64,000 nt of DNA from Candidatus Latescibacterota bacterium (GTDB lineage: Bacteria > Latescibacterota > CBDEFO01): the NCBI GenBank assembly GCA_965237525.1, contig CBDEFO010000007.1, positions 52,796-116,795 on the forward strand, in the 5' to 3' direction. Of the stretch, positions 43,075 to 53,536 are shown piece after piece. Made by a program: the position numbers and the translations under genes. The stretch's first letter is position 1. Every line of letters starts with the position of its first letter. Under the pieces are notes generated by a model. It had not been told where the DNA came from and ran no database searches. It saw nothing but the letters and a program-made list of their open reading frames with translations.

Positions 43075-43965
43075 TCATCCGATTCCTGTTTCACGCAGAT
43101 AAGCACGACTGCGTTTGGCAATGGGCAGCGGCTTGTCGAATGGTGCCGGATACATGTCCTGTTCGACAATCCCAAAGCCGTTGTAGTCGATTTCCCGAAG
43201 GACATCACGCACAGCCAGAAAATCCACTATACCCTCGTTTGGCCCGCAGAATATTCCCATCGCCACTGCCTTTGCGAAGTGGATCCCTTCGGACTGGACT
43301 TTCTTTAGGATCTCCATTTTGATATTCTTGATATGGAGATGACAGATGCGCCGGTGATAGCGGCGTATGAAGGCGACAGGATCACCACCGCGGTAGGCGT
43401 GGTGGCCGATATCCAGACAGAGCGACACCAGATCTGGATCGGTCTCCTCCAGCAACTTTTCGATTTGGCCTTCGTACTCGACGTGTGTCCCTGGGTTAGG
43501 GTGAAACGCCAGCTTGAGACAAAAGCGATCGCGTGCAATTTCTGCAATCTTCTGCGTGGTGTCGATCAACCGCCCCCAGGCACCCTCATCCAGACGCGTG
43601 GGCCCGGTCGGCTGGCCCGTGTGAAGATCCACGTACGCGTCGTCGATCAACACTAAAACCTTCCCATCCAACGCGGCTGCCAGCTCGCCCCCTCCCAGGA
43701 CCTGCCTTTCAACGCCAGCCCACGCTGACGGTTCTTCAAGATTGCCCTCCACGACACATGCGCAGGCCTTCAGGCCGCGCTTTTCGAGTTCACCGCGGAG
43801 TGTGGATGGATCTTGTGGCAGATACCCGTAGGGACCCAACTCTATCCATTCGTACCCAGCTTCGACCACTTCATCCAGGAATCTATACCATGGGGTTTGC
43901 TTGGGATCATCGGGAAACCAGACACCCCATGAATCTGGAGCAGAACCGATCTGAATCTTCATCAA
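43075..43965 (-). CDS. IolE-like TIM-barrel (sugar phosphate isomerase/epimerase family)
   Basis: GSAPDSWGVWF, ELGPYGYLP, CLDIGH, HLHIK, VEQDMYP. Confidence 0.8.
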   Translation of the reverse strand: MMKIQIGSAPDSWGVWFPDDPKQTPWYRFLDEVVEAGYEWIELGPYGYLPQDPSTLRGELEKRGLKACACVVEGNLEEPSAWAGVERQVLGGGELAAALDGKVLVLIDDAYVDLHTGQPTGPTRLDEGAWGRLIDTTQKIAEIARDRFCLKLAFHPNPGTHVEYEGQIEKLLEETDPDLVSLCLDIGHHAYRGGDPVAFIRRYHRRICHLHIKNIKMEILKKVQSEGIHFAKAVAMGIFCGPNEGIVDFLAVRDVLREIDYNGFGIVEQDMYPAPFDKPLPIAKRSRAYLRETGIG

Positions 43966-44026
43966 TCTGCCTTTCTATTAGGTTCCTTAGTAATAGAATC
44001 GCTTCAGCTTCATCTCGAATATCCGG

Positions 44027-44935
44027 TCAGCCTTTCACGCTCTGCGACCAGGCGTCCATAATGTCACCGTCCAGGGCAACGGCCTCCCCGTGGATCTTGT
44101 TAGCCGAAGGGTCATACACAAAGCGCGTGTAGCCCTGACGATAATCGTGCTTCTCAAAATATTGGTTAGGCCTACGCATAACCCCCGGAAACGCGATCCC
44201 ATTGGCCCCTGTCTTCACTTGCATCAGTTTAGGGTGACGGCTGCGCTCGTAGACGTGGTGGTGCCCGCACAGATACAGATCGAACCTCGCTTCGATCAAC
44301 TGCGGCAGCAGCACCCCCGGATGCTTCGTCATCTCGTCGTAGCGCAGCGAAGAGTCGGTGTCGTGATACACGGTGCGGGGGGCAAAGATAGGCCAGTGTC
44401 CCACGGCAATCTTCACCCGTGCGCGGCGAGCCTTCGACAGGTGGCGGCGCAGCCAACGGTCCTGCGCGGAGCCAGGCAGGAAGCCTCCCATATGACTGAG
44501 GCGGGTTGTGACGTTGTCCTCCCAATCGTGCTCGCCTGTGCGCAGCACCTGGTCTAGCATCACCACGTGAATATCGCCGAACGTCTTGGCGAAGTAGGGC
44601 GGTTTGCCCGCCCGTCCGACGTTTTTGCAGTAGTTCTCTAACGACCGGCCCGGGCGCGTCTGGTCGTGATTTCCCGGACAACATAAGACGGGGCATTCTC
44701 CAGCAAGTGGGTCAATTACTCGATGATAATCCCGCCAGCACTGTGCGACAAACTTGTCTTCATCGCGAACACCGGGCTGGAAACCTTCCATATGACTCAC
44801 GAGGTCACCCGAGTTGACCACAAAGTCGGGTTTTTGATTCCGCACCCTTGCGATAAGTTCCTCATTGAGTCTGTTCTGTTCTTCAGCGTTTGGTACCTGA
44901 CCGAATTGCATGTCGGAGATATGGATCCACTTCAT
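44027..44935 (-). CDS. Calcineurin-like metallophosphoesterase
   Basis: ISDMQ, SGDLV, PGNHD, GHHHVYER; RBS AGGAGG before ATG 44935. Confidence 0.88.
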   Translation of the reverse strand: MKWIHISDMQFGQVPNAEEQNRLNEELIARVRNQKPDFVVNSGDLVSHMEGFQPGVRDEDKFVAQCWRDYHRVIDPLAGECPVLCCPGNHDQTRPGRSLENYCKNVGRAGKPPYFAKTFGDIHVVMLDQVLRTGEHDWEDNVTTRLSHMGGFLPGSAQDRWLRRHLSKARRARVKIAVGHWPIFAPRTVYHDTDSSLRYDEMTKHPGVLLPQLIEARFDLYLCGHHHVYERSRHPKLMQVKTGANGIAFPGVMRRPNQYFEKHDYRQGYTRFVYDPSANKIHGEAVALDGDIMDAWSQSVKG

Positions 44936-45044
44936 ATTCTCTTGCCTCCTGCCTGACAAAGCCCCCACTGCGCCCGTGTAGTATGATACATGTGTTTCGA
45001 GAGCAACCTTCACCCGCTTTCAGCGCCTCATTTCCCGCTGTTAT

Positions 45045-45803
45045 TTAGCTCTCTACAGCCTCTAGCGCCTTCCTTGCACCTTCTAACGCAAACCTCAAAT
45101 CCGTTCCACCAGTCACCAGCTTAGCCCCTCTTTCAAGCCAGAAGTTAGCGTTATCAGGATCTCCAGAAGCCAGGCCGAAGGCTACGTTATTCTTCTGGCA
45201 CACCGCCAGGACCCTTTCGAACCTCTCTCTGACCTCTTCAACTGCCTCCCACGGGAATTTGCCCAGCGAAAAACTCAAATCGGAAGGCCCGCAGAACGTT
45301 CCGTCGACACCTTCCACGGACAGGATCTCCTCGATGTCGTCCACAGCCTTCTGGTGCTCTATCTGGACGAAGACCCCGACCTCAGCGTTGGCTCTTTTCA
45401 TATATTCGGCGGGATAGGCATAATATCCCGAGGAAAGCCAGGGTCCGCTGCCCCTTATCCCATCGGGCGGATACCTGGTCGCTGCTACTGCCTGACGAGC
45501 CTCCTCGGCGCTGTTTATCATAGGGAAGATAACGTTATAGACTCCGGAGTCCAGAACCTGCTTTACTATCACAAAATCGTTCCACGGAACTCGAACGATC
45601 GCCTCTGTCTCTGACGCTTCAAGGGCTATAATCAAAGAGGGCAGAACTGCCCTATCTATGGATGTGTGCTCCATATCCAGCATCATGAAATCAAAGCCCA
45701 CCTTGGAAAGGGCGTTCACAAGTATAGGATCCGGTATACCTATTTCTATGCCCACTACGGCCTGTCCACCTCTAAATTTTTCTTTGATGCGATTAGTCCT
45801 CAT
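45045..45803 (-). CDS. HpcH/HpaI class II aldolase
   Basis: LDMEH, VRVPWND, YPPDGIRG, QIEH, GPSDLS. Confidence 0.9.
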   Translation of the reverse strand: MRTNRIKEKFRGGQAVVGIEIGIPDPILVNALSKVGFDFMMLDMEHTSIDRAVLPSLIIALEASETEAIVRVPWNDFVIVKQVLDSGVYNVIFPMINSAEEARQAVAATRYPPDGIRGSGPWLSSGYYAYPAEYMKRANAEVGVFVQIEHQKAVDDIEEILSVEGVDGTFCGPSDLSFSLGKFPWEAVEEVRERFERVLAVCQKNNVAFGLASGDPDNANFWLERGAKLVTGGTDLRFALEGARKALEAVES

Positions 45804-46023
45804 ACTTGTTGTCCTCCGCTCTGAGCGCCTCCGCTTATTATGTCCCACATTCTCTACGTGGGGTTCGACATCTAAAAGGCTGACCTGGATCAATCCTACG
45901 CTCATGAAATAAGATAACGCCGGAGATAAGTCAATGTCAACCCCCAATTGAATCCCCGATTGAATCTATCGGGGGTAAATATACGAGAATAAGTCCATCC
46001 TCCGGAAAGAATACCACTGACGT

Positions 46024-47148
46024 TCAGTGAATTTCCAGGTTAAGGACAACCCATTTGATGGCGTGATACGGGAGTCCGTATGTGTCGGCTGGCTCTGTAA
46101 ACGAGGAGTGGGAATAGACAACGTAGAACTTGCCGTCACGCTCCATATTGGACGTATACGAACAGCCTGGCCCGGTATGGAAAACAAAGGGGTGCTCCCA
46201 CACTTCTCCCGTACCATCTAAGCTGAACATGGCAAAGGTAACTTGTGGATGTCCGTATACCCCGCGTCCGGAAGTGCACGCGAGGATTCCATTGGCAAGG
46301 AGCCGCAGGTGAGGTTTTACACCCGGCCATCCTACAGACACCGGCTCGCTCCACGTCCGTCCGCCGTCCGTGGATCTGCACTGGTACATGGGTGACCCCG
46401 AACCGGTCCGCATGATGCACAGGATATCACCGTTAGCCAGTACTGCCATGTCCGGCTCGGAAAGCCCTCCCTCACCTACCGGTTTGCCATCTATCTCGGG
46501 ATTAAGGGTGCATACGTGTTCGAAGGTCTTACCGCCGTCGGTGGACCGGGCGATAAAGTCCGTGGAGTTGTAGCGCGTTTCAGATGGCATGCCTAGAAAT
46601 GCGGTCAAAAGATCGCCGTTCTCCAGTTCTAAGAGGGTACCGTAGAGTTCGTATGAGGCCGTCTCCCAGGGAAGATTCAATACCTTGAAAGTCGAATCTT
46701 CCAGCAACTCTGCCTGCTTGGAGAATCGGCGGAGTCTGAATATTGGGTCCTTCACTTTCGCCACGCGATGGTATGGTCCATCGGCACGCGACCACTTGAC
46801 GTTCACCGGAAACACATCAATATAGGCGATGGTGCCGTCCCTCAAGTAACCCAGAACGCCTGAGGTTTCCAGGTTGTCAGCCATGGGATGATCGGGAGGT
46901 AGGTCCACCCATGTCGCCCCAAAATCGTGGGAGATGGCGACGGGGCGCGTCTCATCCCCCGTATGCCTTCCCCGGCCATAAGGGAGGGCCAAACTGTCCC
47001 CTGCAAGTTCAATGATGCGGGGGAAGTTCAAGATCTCATCCGACTTGAGTAACACCTCGGATCTCTCTACAGAAACCTTCAAGGCTTTCTGATCATTCGC
47101 ATAGATTGCTTCTTGAAGCATAGTTTTCTCCAGATCTTGTCGTTGCAA
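46024..47148 (-). CDS. BNR/Asp-box beta-propeller (sialidase-like) protein
   Basis: Asp boxes SHDFGATW, STDGGKTF, STDGGRTW; start uncertain. Confidence 0.75.
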   Translation of the reverse strand: MQRQDLEKTMLQEAIYANDQKALKVSVERSEVLLKSDEILNFPRIIELAGDSLALPYGRGRHTGDETRPVAISHDFGATWVDLPPDHPMADNLETSGVLGYLRDGTIAYIDVFPVNVKWSRADGPYHRVAKVKDPIFRLRRFSKQAELLEDSTFKVLNLPWETASYELYGTLLELENGDLLTAFLGMPSETRYNSTDFIARSTDGGKTFEHVCTLNPEIDGKPVGEGGLSEPDMAVLANGDILCIMRTGSGSPMYQCRSTDGGRTWSEPVSVGWPGVKPHLRLLANGILACTSGRGVYGHPQVTFAMFSLDGTGEVWEHPFVFHTGPGCSYTSNMERDGKFYVVYSHSSFTEPADTYGLPYHAIKWVVLNLEIH

Positions 47149-47179
47149 CCTTTGAAATTGATACCGTTTGTTCGAGGAA

Positions 47180-47256
47180 CCTGATAACTAAGCTCGCCTG
47201 CCTATGAAGCGCAACGAATACAGGACAGGTGCAGTGCCAGAGTCGCTAGTTCAGGT
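47180..47256 (-). other. attC-like imperfect palindrome
   Basis: Minus strand CCTGAAC...GTTATCA ends with internal complementary arms. Confidence 0.4.
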
Positions 47257-47461
47257 CATTTTGTCAAAACCTGGAGGAACAAAAGAGAGGAACATATTTG
47301 CCCTGGTTGCTCTTGCCAGAATCCGAATTCGCCTTGAAAAATTAGTACCTGCGTTCTCCGCAGTGAAAATGCGATTGCGGATCGGGGATCACGATCCGTG
47401 CACACCTACCAGACGTACTGTCGTCTCATAGTATAAGCGGAGTTACTGCGCTTCTGTCACT

Positions 47462-48439
47462 CTACCAGGGAACAGGAAGGCCGAATTCAAGAGCCAATTT
47501 CTCCAACGATTTAACTGCGGTCTCGGAGATGGGAATGCCATCCTGCAAATATTCTTTCTCCTTCTTCCACGCGCGTCTACCGGGGAGGGTAGATTCGGAA
47601 TAGCCCGGAAAGGGCTTCATCTTGCTGGTCTCTTCCATCAGAAAGTCCATATCGTCCTTGAAGGCCTGGAGCGGGACGAAACACTCGATATCAAGGGCCA
47701 TGAAGAACCCGGATTGGTTGGCGCCGGTGTACTTGACGTTCTGGCGGTTGAACTCCGGAAGCATCTGACCCCCAAGGGTGCCGCTCATGATGTTGGCCAC
47801 GTGTGAGAACCCGATGCACTTGAAGAAGACCTGAGGCATCTTCTTGAAGCACTCCTCATCCCACTCCATGTGACTGGCCAGGTCCAGCATAAAGTACGGC
47901 TGATCGGGCCCGGAGGGCATGCCGAAGGCGAGCGGCGGACTCCCCTGTATCGAACCTTGAATAGTGCTGTTGTAGTCGTAGCTCGGCGATGCGTTCCTAC
48001 CCGAGAAACTAATCCCGATCAGGTCATCTCGCAGGGCCATCCGGATATACTTTCCCGAACTCCCAAGGTGATCGTGGTAGGTACTTGTAGTGACTCCGAC
48101 CCCCATCTTCTTGGCTTTAGCTATTGCCATCTGCATGGCCTTCGTGGCGACGATCATCCCGAGACCGCCGTCTCCATCCAGGGCCGCTGTCACAGGACCT
48201 TCCTTCAGAACCCGAACGTTGGGGTGCGTATTGGCTTTACCCTCCTGGAAGGCGCGCACATAGCGTTCGACCTGCACAACCCCGTGACTGACGACGCCGC
48301 GCAGCTCCGTGTCGATCAGGAGATCGGCGATCAGTTGGGCGTGATCCTCGGGAACGGGTACTTCCCGGTAAATGGACGCCACCAGCTTGCGAAGTTCCTC
48401 TACTGGAACTCGAATCCCGTCCGTCGGCGGAACGTTCAT
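47462..48439 (-). CDS. Ldh_2 family oxidoreductase (malate/L-lactate/ureidoglycolate type)
   Basis: ELRGVVSHG, LDGDGGLG, HLGS, FFMALD. Confidence 0.88.
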   Translation of the reverse strand: MNVPPTDGIRVPVEELRKLVASIYREVPVPEDHAQLIADLLIDTELRGVVSHGVVQVERYVRAFQEGKANTHPNVRVLKEGPVTAALDGDGGLGMIVATKAMQMAIAKAKKMGVGVTTSTYHDHLGSSGKYIRMALRDDLIGISFSGRNASPSYDYNSTIQGSIQGSPPLAFGMPSGPDQPYFMLDLASHMEWDEECFKKMPQVFFKCIGFSHVANIMSGTLGGQMLPEFNRQNVKYTGANQSGFFMALDIECFVPLQAFKDDMDFLMEETSKMKPFPGYSESTLPGRRAWKKEKEYLQDGIPISETAVKSLEKLALEFGLPVPW

Positions 48440-48587
48440 TATCCTCTCCTTTGTCTGTGATGCTTCGTCCCCGATTGAACCCCCGATTGACTCTATCGGG
48501 GGTCGGGGATATACCGAAGCACTTATCCTTGGCTTCTTACAGTGTAAGGTCACCGAAACTGAATGTTGCCTACCAGATTATGGTTTC

Positions 48588-48661
48588 GCACAACGTATTT
48601 CCAATTAACGAACCCGCGCAGCAGGCTGCAGAAGGCTGTGCAGCGTTAATGGATGTTATGT
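48588..48661 (-). other. attC-like imperfect palindrome
   Basis: Minus strand ACATAAC...GTTGTGC ends; inner arms CCA(A)TTAACG/CGTTAATGG and GCGCAGC/GCTGTGC; 17 bp after the PIN stop. Confidence 0.5.
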
Positions 48662-48678
48662 GACGTTGAGCGCTTTAG

Positions 48679-49152
48679 CTAAAACTCCCAGTTCTCTCTT
48701 TCCATAAAGCCTTCTAAATCCGTGTAGGGTATATTAAAATGTTGACAAACATTGGGAATTTTGGCTGCATTCTCTCTAAATGTTTCCAGCGTAACTACCC
48801 ATGCACCAGTTATCTTAGCCTTTGCTATGATAAAGGGGTCAGCTACGTGCTTACCTATGAGGATGCTCTTATCTGGAACCAATCCCTGGTAATGTGGTGT
48901 GCGGAATATCTCAGTGGTGAATTCTATCTCGCTTTCGGTCGGTACTTCGAATATGTCAGAGTTATCCTTTACCCAAGCTTTTAATCGATCTTGTCCACCG
49001 TAGCCATCAATCTCTTTGACGACCTCTCGAACCGATATTATGCGCTTGGCCTCGACGAATTCATAGAAAAGCTGCCAAAGTGAAGGAAACCGAGACTTGT
49101 AGATGTTGGTGAAAAGGTTAATGAAACAGTTAGTATCAAAAACGTATTTCAC
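48679..49152 (-). CDS. PIN-domain protein (DUF4411 type), putative toxin
   Basis: YVFDTN, EVVKEI, ADPFIIAKA, VVTLE, KIPNVC. Confidence 0.85.
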   Translation of the reverse strand: MKYVFDTNCFINLFTNIYKSRFPSLWQLFYEFVEAKRIISVREVVKEIDGYGGQDRLKAWVKDNSDIFEVPTESEIEFTTEIFRTPHYQGLVPDKSILIGKHVADPFIIAKAKITGAWVVTLETFRENAAKIPNVCQHFNIPYTDLEGFMERENWEF

Positions 49153-50321
49153 TATAATTCCTCTCTCTTCAAGGCTGACTCTACGCCAGATACACTACTT
49201 TCCTTCACATTTAGAAAATCTGCTAACTGGTTAATACTGATCTGATTTCGATAGTACTTATCGAACGCCAGGTTAATGTAATTTCTGCCGAGGTAGGCAA
49301 CTTGGGTAAAATAGTAGTTACCTCCCCCTGAGCGACTCTTACGTTTTTCCCACTCCTCCCTCCCCTCTGCCGCTTTCTCTTCGTAATACTCTTGAGCAAT
49401 CTTACCTCTCTCGAGCAGCTTGCGTAGTATCACCTCTGGACTTACTGCATACTTAGATGCGAGAGTGAAAATCGAACGCTCATCAATTCTCATGTTGATG
49501 ATTCGTCTATCAAAATCGCTGTTTGGTACAAGGAAATCAGCAGTGAACTTGTTACAAAGTATTTCAATTCTAAGGTTAGTTCCTGACAGATAATTGAGGT
49601 AATCATCATTGGACTTGGCAATGCCACCAGTCTTAAAGAGGAGGTGAGCAAGCTCATGAAACAGCGTAAATATCTGCCGGGTTCTTGGCATCGAGTTATT
49701 TATGTAAATGATAGGAAATTCGGAGTCGTACAAGCAGAAACCAGATAGCCCCTCTTTCTTAAAAGCTTCCCGAAAAGCTTCCTTAAAGACAAAAATACCT
49801 TTCGATTCAATGGCATCGCGCCAACTATCAAAAGCGACTGTTGAGCCTGCCCATTGTTGTTGTTTTTCTAACTCAATCCCCAAATAAGTCCTTACAATTC
49901 GAGCGAGATGAGTCAAACTGGTATTTGATCTCACCGCAATATCTTCAAATATCTTCTGCGGCATAGGATTCTTACCGTCACATAATTCGGTAAGGTTGAT
50001 CTGCATTACACGAGCCTGCCGTAAAAGATGAATTATATTAGGCGTAAGTTTATCTATTTCACTTTCAGGAAGTGTTCGAAATGACTTGGCTGGACTATCC
50101 TCCTTAGGAGGTTCTGGAAAGAAAAAAACCGCAATGGGTCGCTTATAAATCTGATAGGCTAGGCTTTCGAGTTGGACATAAGTAGGATAGTCCGTCCCTG
50201 CTTCCCAAGCTCTTATCGTCTCAGTTGGTTTCTTTATCTTATTTGCTACATCCTCAAGGGATAGATTTGCGCTTTCTCTAGCCCATTTAAGGATACTGTT
50301 ATTAGCAGCCACCTTAGCCAT
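49152..50321 (-). CDS. XRE HTH fused to ImmA/IrrE metallopeptidase
   Basis: LKWARE..WEAG..PT HTH; RQIFTLFHELAH; EILCNKF; overlaps the PIN start. Confidence 0.9.
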   Translation of the reverse strand: MAKVAANNSILKWARESANLSLEDVANKIKKPTETIRAWEAGTDYPTYVQLESLAYQIYKRPIAVFFFPEPPKEDSPAKSFRTLPESEIDKLTPNIIHLLRQARVMQINLTELCDGKNPMPQKIFEDIAVRSNTSLTHLARIVRTYLGIELEKQQQWAGSTVAFDSWRDAIESKGIFVFKEAFREAFKKEGLSGFCLYDSEFPIIYINNSMPRTRQIFTLFHELAHLLFKTGGIAKSNDDYLNYLSGTNLRIEILCNKFTADFLVPNSDFDRRIINMRIDERSIFTLASKYAVSPEVILRKLLERGKIAQEYYEEKAAEGREEWEKRKSRSGGGNYYFTQVAYLGRNYINLAFDKYYRNQISINQLADFLNVKESSVSGVESALKREEL

Positions 50322-50590
50322 ATTTTCCTATCCCAGGTTATCGGATTTCATCGTCTAAAGATAGTTGAAGTTCGCTCCGCTAACAAGCCTGCTGACCCTA
50401 TTATTCGTATCAGAACAGTGATCCTATAACATTGGAAGACGGCCAAGTATATAGATATAAAATGCATACGACTCTCCAGATTCAAACCTCGACCCGCTAC
50501 CCGGTAGACGTCGGTCACATCTTCAGAGTGAGGGTCGTCCAGAACGACCCCAATGCCATCTGGTAGGATACAGACGCTTTGCTCTCTCTC

Positions 50591-51850
50591 TTACTCCTCC
50601 CACACTGGCCAATCGCTCTCTTGCAGGCGCTTCCAGAGACTGTCAAATTTATCGCTGCCGTCATCCTCCCATTCGCCCAGTCTGACACCTGGAGCGTAGG
50701 ATTCGTCCACCCCCAGCTTCATGAGATTTTCGGCCTGCTGCAAATTCCGGTAGTAGTGTTTTATCCCTCCGGTCAGGGTAACGACGGAGATATGCCGGGG
50801 CCATTCGGGTGCGGAAGTCTGCGAATAACGCTTCACCGCATCCTCATCTAACTCCACTCCCAGGCCCGGTCCCCCAGGGACCTTCATGAATCCCCGCTGG
50901 ACCGTATGAGCCTCCACGATCAGGTCATCTTCATAGGTGTGACTGGCCGTCACCGCCGGCAGGGTGGCCATCGGCATTACGGCTCCCAGATTGCAGGCAA
51001 ATGCCGTGGTAATTCCGGTGCCCACATACTGCAGCAGAATAGGGGTGTTCGCCGCAGTAAAGACCCAGCTAGCCGAAAGAGCGCCCTTGATCGAATCGTG
51101 GCTGCAGAGTGCGCCCTCGAAGTCGCCCGCGCGGAGTCCAATCCAGGGTCCCGAAGGAGCGCGCGAAGGACCCTCAAGAACGACATGTACACCGTGCAGG
51201 TAGAACGGGATCTGTATCTCCCGGTGGAGGCGGCGCCAACCCTCGACATCGTGGGCGAAGATCGGTTCTTCCAGGCCCTTGACCACCGGAAACTTCTCCA
51301 ATTTCCGTAGGATAGGCAGGGCCTTCTCCACATTCATTAACGAACCGTTGAAATCGTACTCCACACGAAAGTCAGGCGGTGCAATCTCCTGAATCGCCTC
51401 AGATTGCTCGACTACATCATAGAATGCCCTGGCCTTGCATTTGAGCCCGCGGTACCCGCGCTCTGCAGCCACCTGAACTTCGGCGGCGCTGTCCTCAGGG
51501 GACATACATGGCATCCACCATCCCATGACCACCCATTGCCGCACCTGCTGGCCCATCAGTTTCCAGGCCGGAAGGTCCAGGTGCTTGCCCATCAGATCAT
51601 AGCAGGCCATGTCGAGGTTGAAAAACCCCTGGCCCAATATATGATCGAACGGATCCGTGCCGAGATAGGCGTTTAGCTGGTCCTGTCCGTAAGGGGCTCC
51701 TATGTTTTCCCCCAGGCCGATAAGGCCCGAATCGGTATGAAATTTGTAGACCGTCACCTCTTCACTCATATTGAAATGGTAAAACTGCCTGCGAATGCGT
51801 GCCTCGTAGGGCACATGCAGGGAAATAGGCTCGATTTCGGTGATTCTCAT
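50591..51850 (-). CDS. Mandelate racemase/muconate lactonizing enzyme family protein
   Basis: GLGE, DMACYDLMGK, KCK, DFN, EEP, VPGGPGLGVELDE. Confidence 0.85.
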   Translation of the reverse strand: MRITEIEPISLHVPYEARIRRQFYHFNMSEEVTVYKFHTDSGLIGLGENIGAPYGQDQLNAYLGTDPFDHILGQGFFNLDMACYDLMGKHLDLPAWKLMGQQVRQWVVMGWWMPCMSPEDSAAEVQVAAERGYRGLKCKARAFYDVVEQSEAIQEIAPPDFRVEYDFNGSLMNVEKALPILRKLEKFPVVKGLEEPIFAHDVEGWRRLHREIQIPFYLHGVHVVLEGPSRAPSGPWIGLRAGDFEGALCSHDSIKGALSASWVFTAANTPILLQYVGTGITTAFACNLGAVMPMATLPAVTASHTYEDDLIVEAHTVQRGFMKVPGGPGLGVELDEDAVKRYSQTSAPEWPRHISVVTLTGGIKHYYRNLQQAENLMKLGVDESYAPGVRLGEWEDDGSDKFDSLWKRLQESDWPVWEE

Positions 51851-51904
51851 GAGAGTCCCCCTATTGATATTTTCTTGTTGGTAATAGTCTTCTGGCTGCA
51901 GTTT

Positions 51905-53521
51905 CTATCTCTGTCGTGAATCCTGCCACCATTCGTCCCGGCGCGGCGCGTGCCGATGATGGCGGTACTCCACTACGAGTTCCACATCGTGCAGCAAGAC
52001 GGGTGGTACACACCGCGGGTCGTGGCTCTTCAGGTCGACCCGGATGGTATTATCGCCTAATGACGGCAGCGGCCCCAATCTCAGCAGATCAACGGTTATC
52101 CAGTAGGTATCAATGAGCCGGGGATTGCCGGGGACGGGCCGTACCGAGTAGGTCCAGTCGAGCCATTCCTGGTGCTGGCGAGGGATCTGCTCGCCATTCA
52201 GCCATAAATCAAAGGTGTCGCTGTGTATCAGCGAGAGGATGCGGATCCGCAGCTCGCACCTGGACAGCTCGCCCAGTTCCTTCTTTGCAGACAGATCATC
52301 GCTGACATAGAGAGTCTGCGGCGCACCCTGTTCTCCTACCTTCAGTTCGACGGGAAGCCGATTGGGTGATAAATAGTCTCCGGGCGTATCCTCAGGCCCA
52401 TTTGGACCCTGTCGCACAGCAAAATGCTTGTCCTTATGGGCCAGTAGTTCGGGATGCCCCATGTAGCGGATGGTCTCGAAGTCCGCATCTGAATAGGGAT
52501 AGCCGGATGGATAGTAAGTAGAAAAGAAGGCACCATGGGCGCCCTCCCGATAGGCATTGCTTGCCTGGGCTACTTGCATTTCACGTGTGGCATTTTGAAA
52601 GGCATCGTGGCGGATAATGTTGGAAATACCCTTTATGATCTTGACATCTGTGCCGCGGGCTGCCTCTATCAGTTCAGCGATGCTGGCGGGATGTTGCTCC
52701 ATTAACCCCAGTTTGTGAGGCGGCATCGCCAGCACTGTATCCACGATCCCCTCCCGGATCATCGTCTCCAGATCGATCCCCAGGGCCTTGCTTCCCTCCA
52801 GGCTGGCGGCAGCGAGGACCAAAAGACGCTTCTCCCTGCCCTGTTGTTCAGCCGCCTTGTCGCATAAGCTCCGGACCTCATCAACAAACTGAGTGAAGGT
52901 ATCAGTGTGCTCCTCGACCTCCCGGCGCGCAAGGAAAGGGGCATAATCCAAAATATTCAGCTCAATTCCGTCCGAGTCATAGGCAGATACCAGTTCTTCG
53001 ACCACAGCCAGGCGATTCTGGCGGACTTCGGGGATGGCGTAGGAGAAGCGGCCGGGATCATCCCAGCGGGCTTCTGGAAAATCCGGCTCAGGTCCCACCT
53101 GGTACTCGGGATGCTCAAAGCAGAAATCTGAGCAGCGGCAGTCCGTCACCTCAGCGGGTTCCTGGTGCTGCATCGCCAACAGAAGGCTGGGCATAAAGCT
53201 GAATCCCAGATCGTGGGCCCGCTGGCAGACCACCCTGAGCGGATCGTGCCCATCTGTGATAAACTGCTCCAGATTCAGGCCTGCGCGGTAAAAGATTATT
53301 TGGTTGGTCTTCTTGACATTGTGGCCCCAGCGCTCACCGGCCTTGGTGTCGTAGAGCAGAACCCGGCAGTCCCCCACAGCGTAGGTGATGGTGTCAATCC
53401 CCAGGTCTACCAGTTCATCGATAGGTGCGGTGTAGATACGCTCATCCATCGGCGGTTCGTAGATATAGACCGATGTATGCCTGCCATCGGTGTAGAAGAC
53501 AACCTCCTTTTCGCGGCTCAT
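51905..53521 (-). CDS. Hypothetical protein with glycoside-hydrolase-like (GHL10/DUF187-type) TIM barrel
   Basis: F..EHPEY, YAIPEVRQNRLAVVEELV..YDSDGIEL. Confidence 0.55.
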   Translation of the reverse strand: MSREKEVVFYTDGRHTSVYIYEPPMDERIYTAPIDELVDLGIDTITYAVGDCRVLLYDTKAGERWGHNVKKTNQIIFYRAGLNLEQFITDGHDPLRVVCQRAHDLGFSFMPSLLLAMQHQEPAEVTDCRCSDFCFEHPEYQVGPEPDFPEARWDDPGRFSYAIPEVRQNRLAVVEELVSAYDSDGIELNILDYAPFLARREVEEHTDTFTQFVDEVRSLCDKAAEQQGREKRLLVLAAASLEGSKALGIDLETMIREGIVDTVLAMPPHKLGLMEQHPASIAELIEAARGTDVKIIKGISNIIRHDAFQNATREMQVAQASNAYREGAHGAFFSTYYPSGYPYSDADFETIRYMGHPELLAHKDKHFAVRQGPNGPEDTPGDYLSPNRLPVELKVGEQGAPQTLYVSDDLSAKKELGELSRCELRIRILSLIHSDTFDLWLNGEQIPRQHQEWLDWTYSVRPVPGNPRLIDTYWITVDLLRLGPLPSLGDNTIRVDLKSHDPRCVPPVLLHDVELVVEYRHHRHAPRRDEWWQDSRQR

Positions 53522-53536
53522 AGTCCTCTCCCTCCT

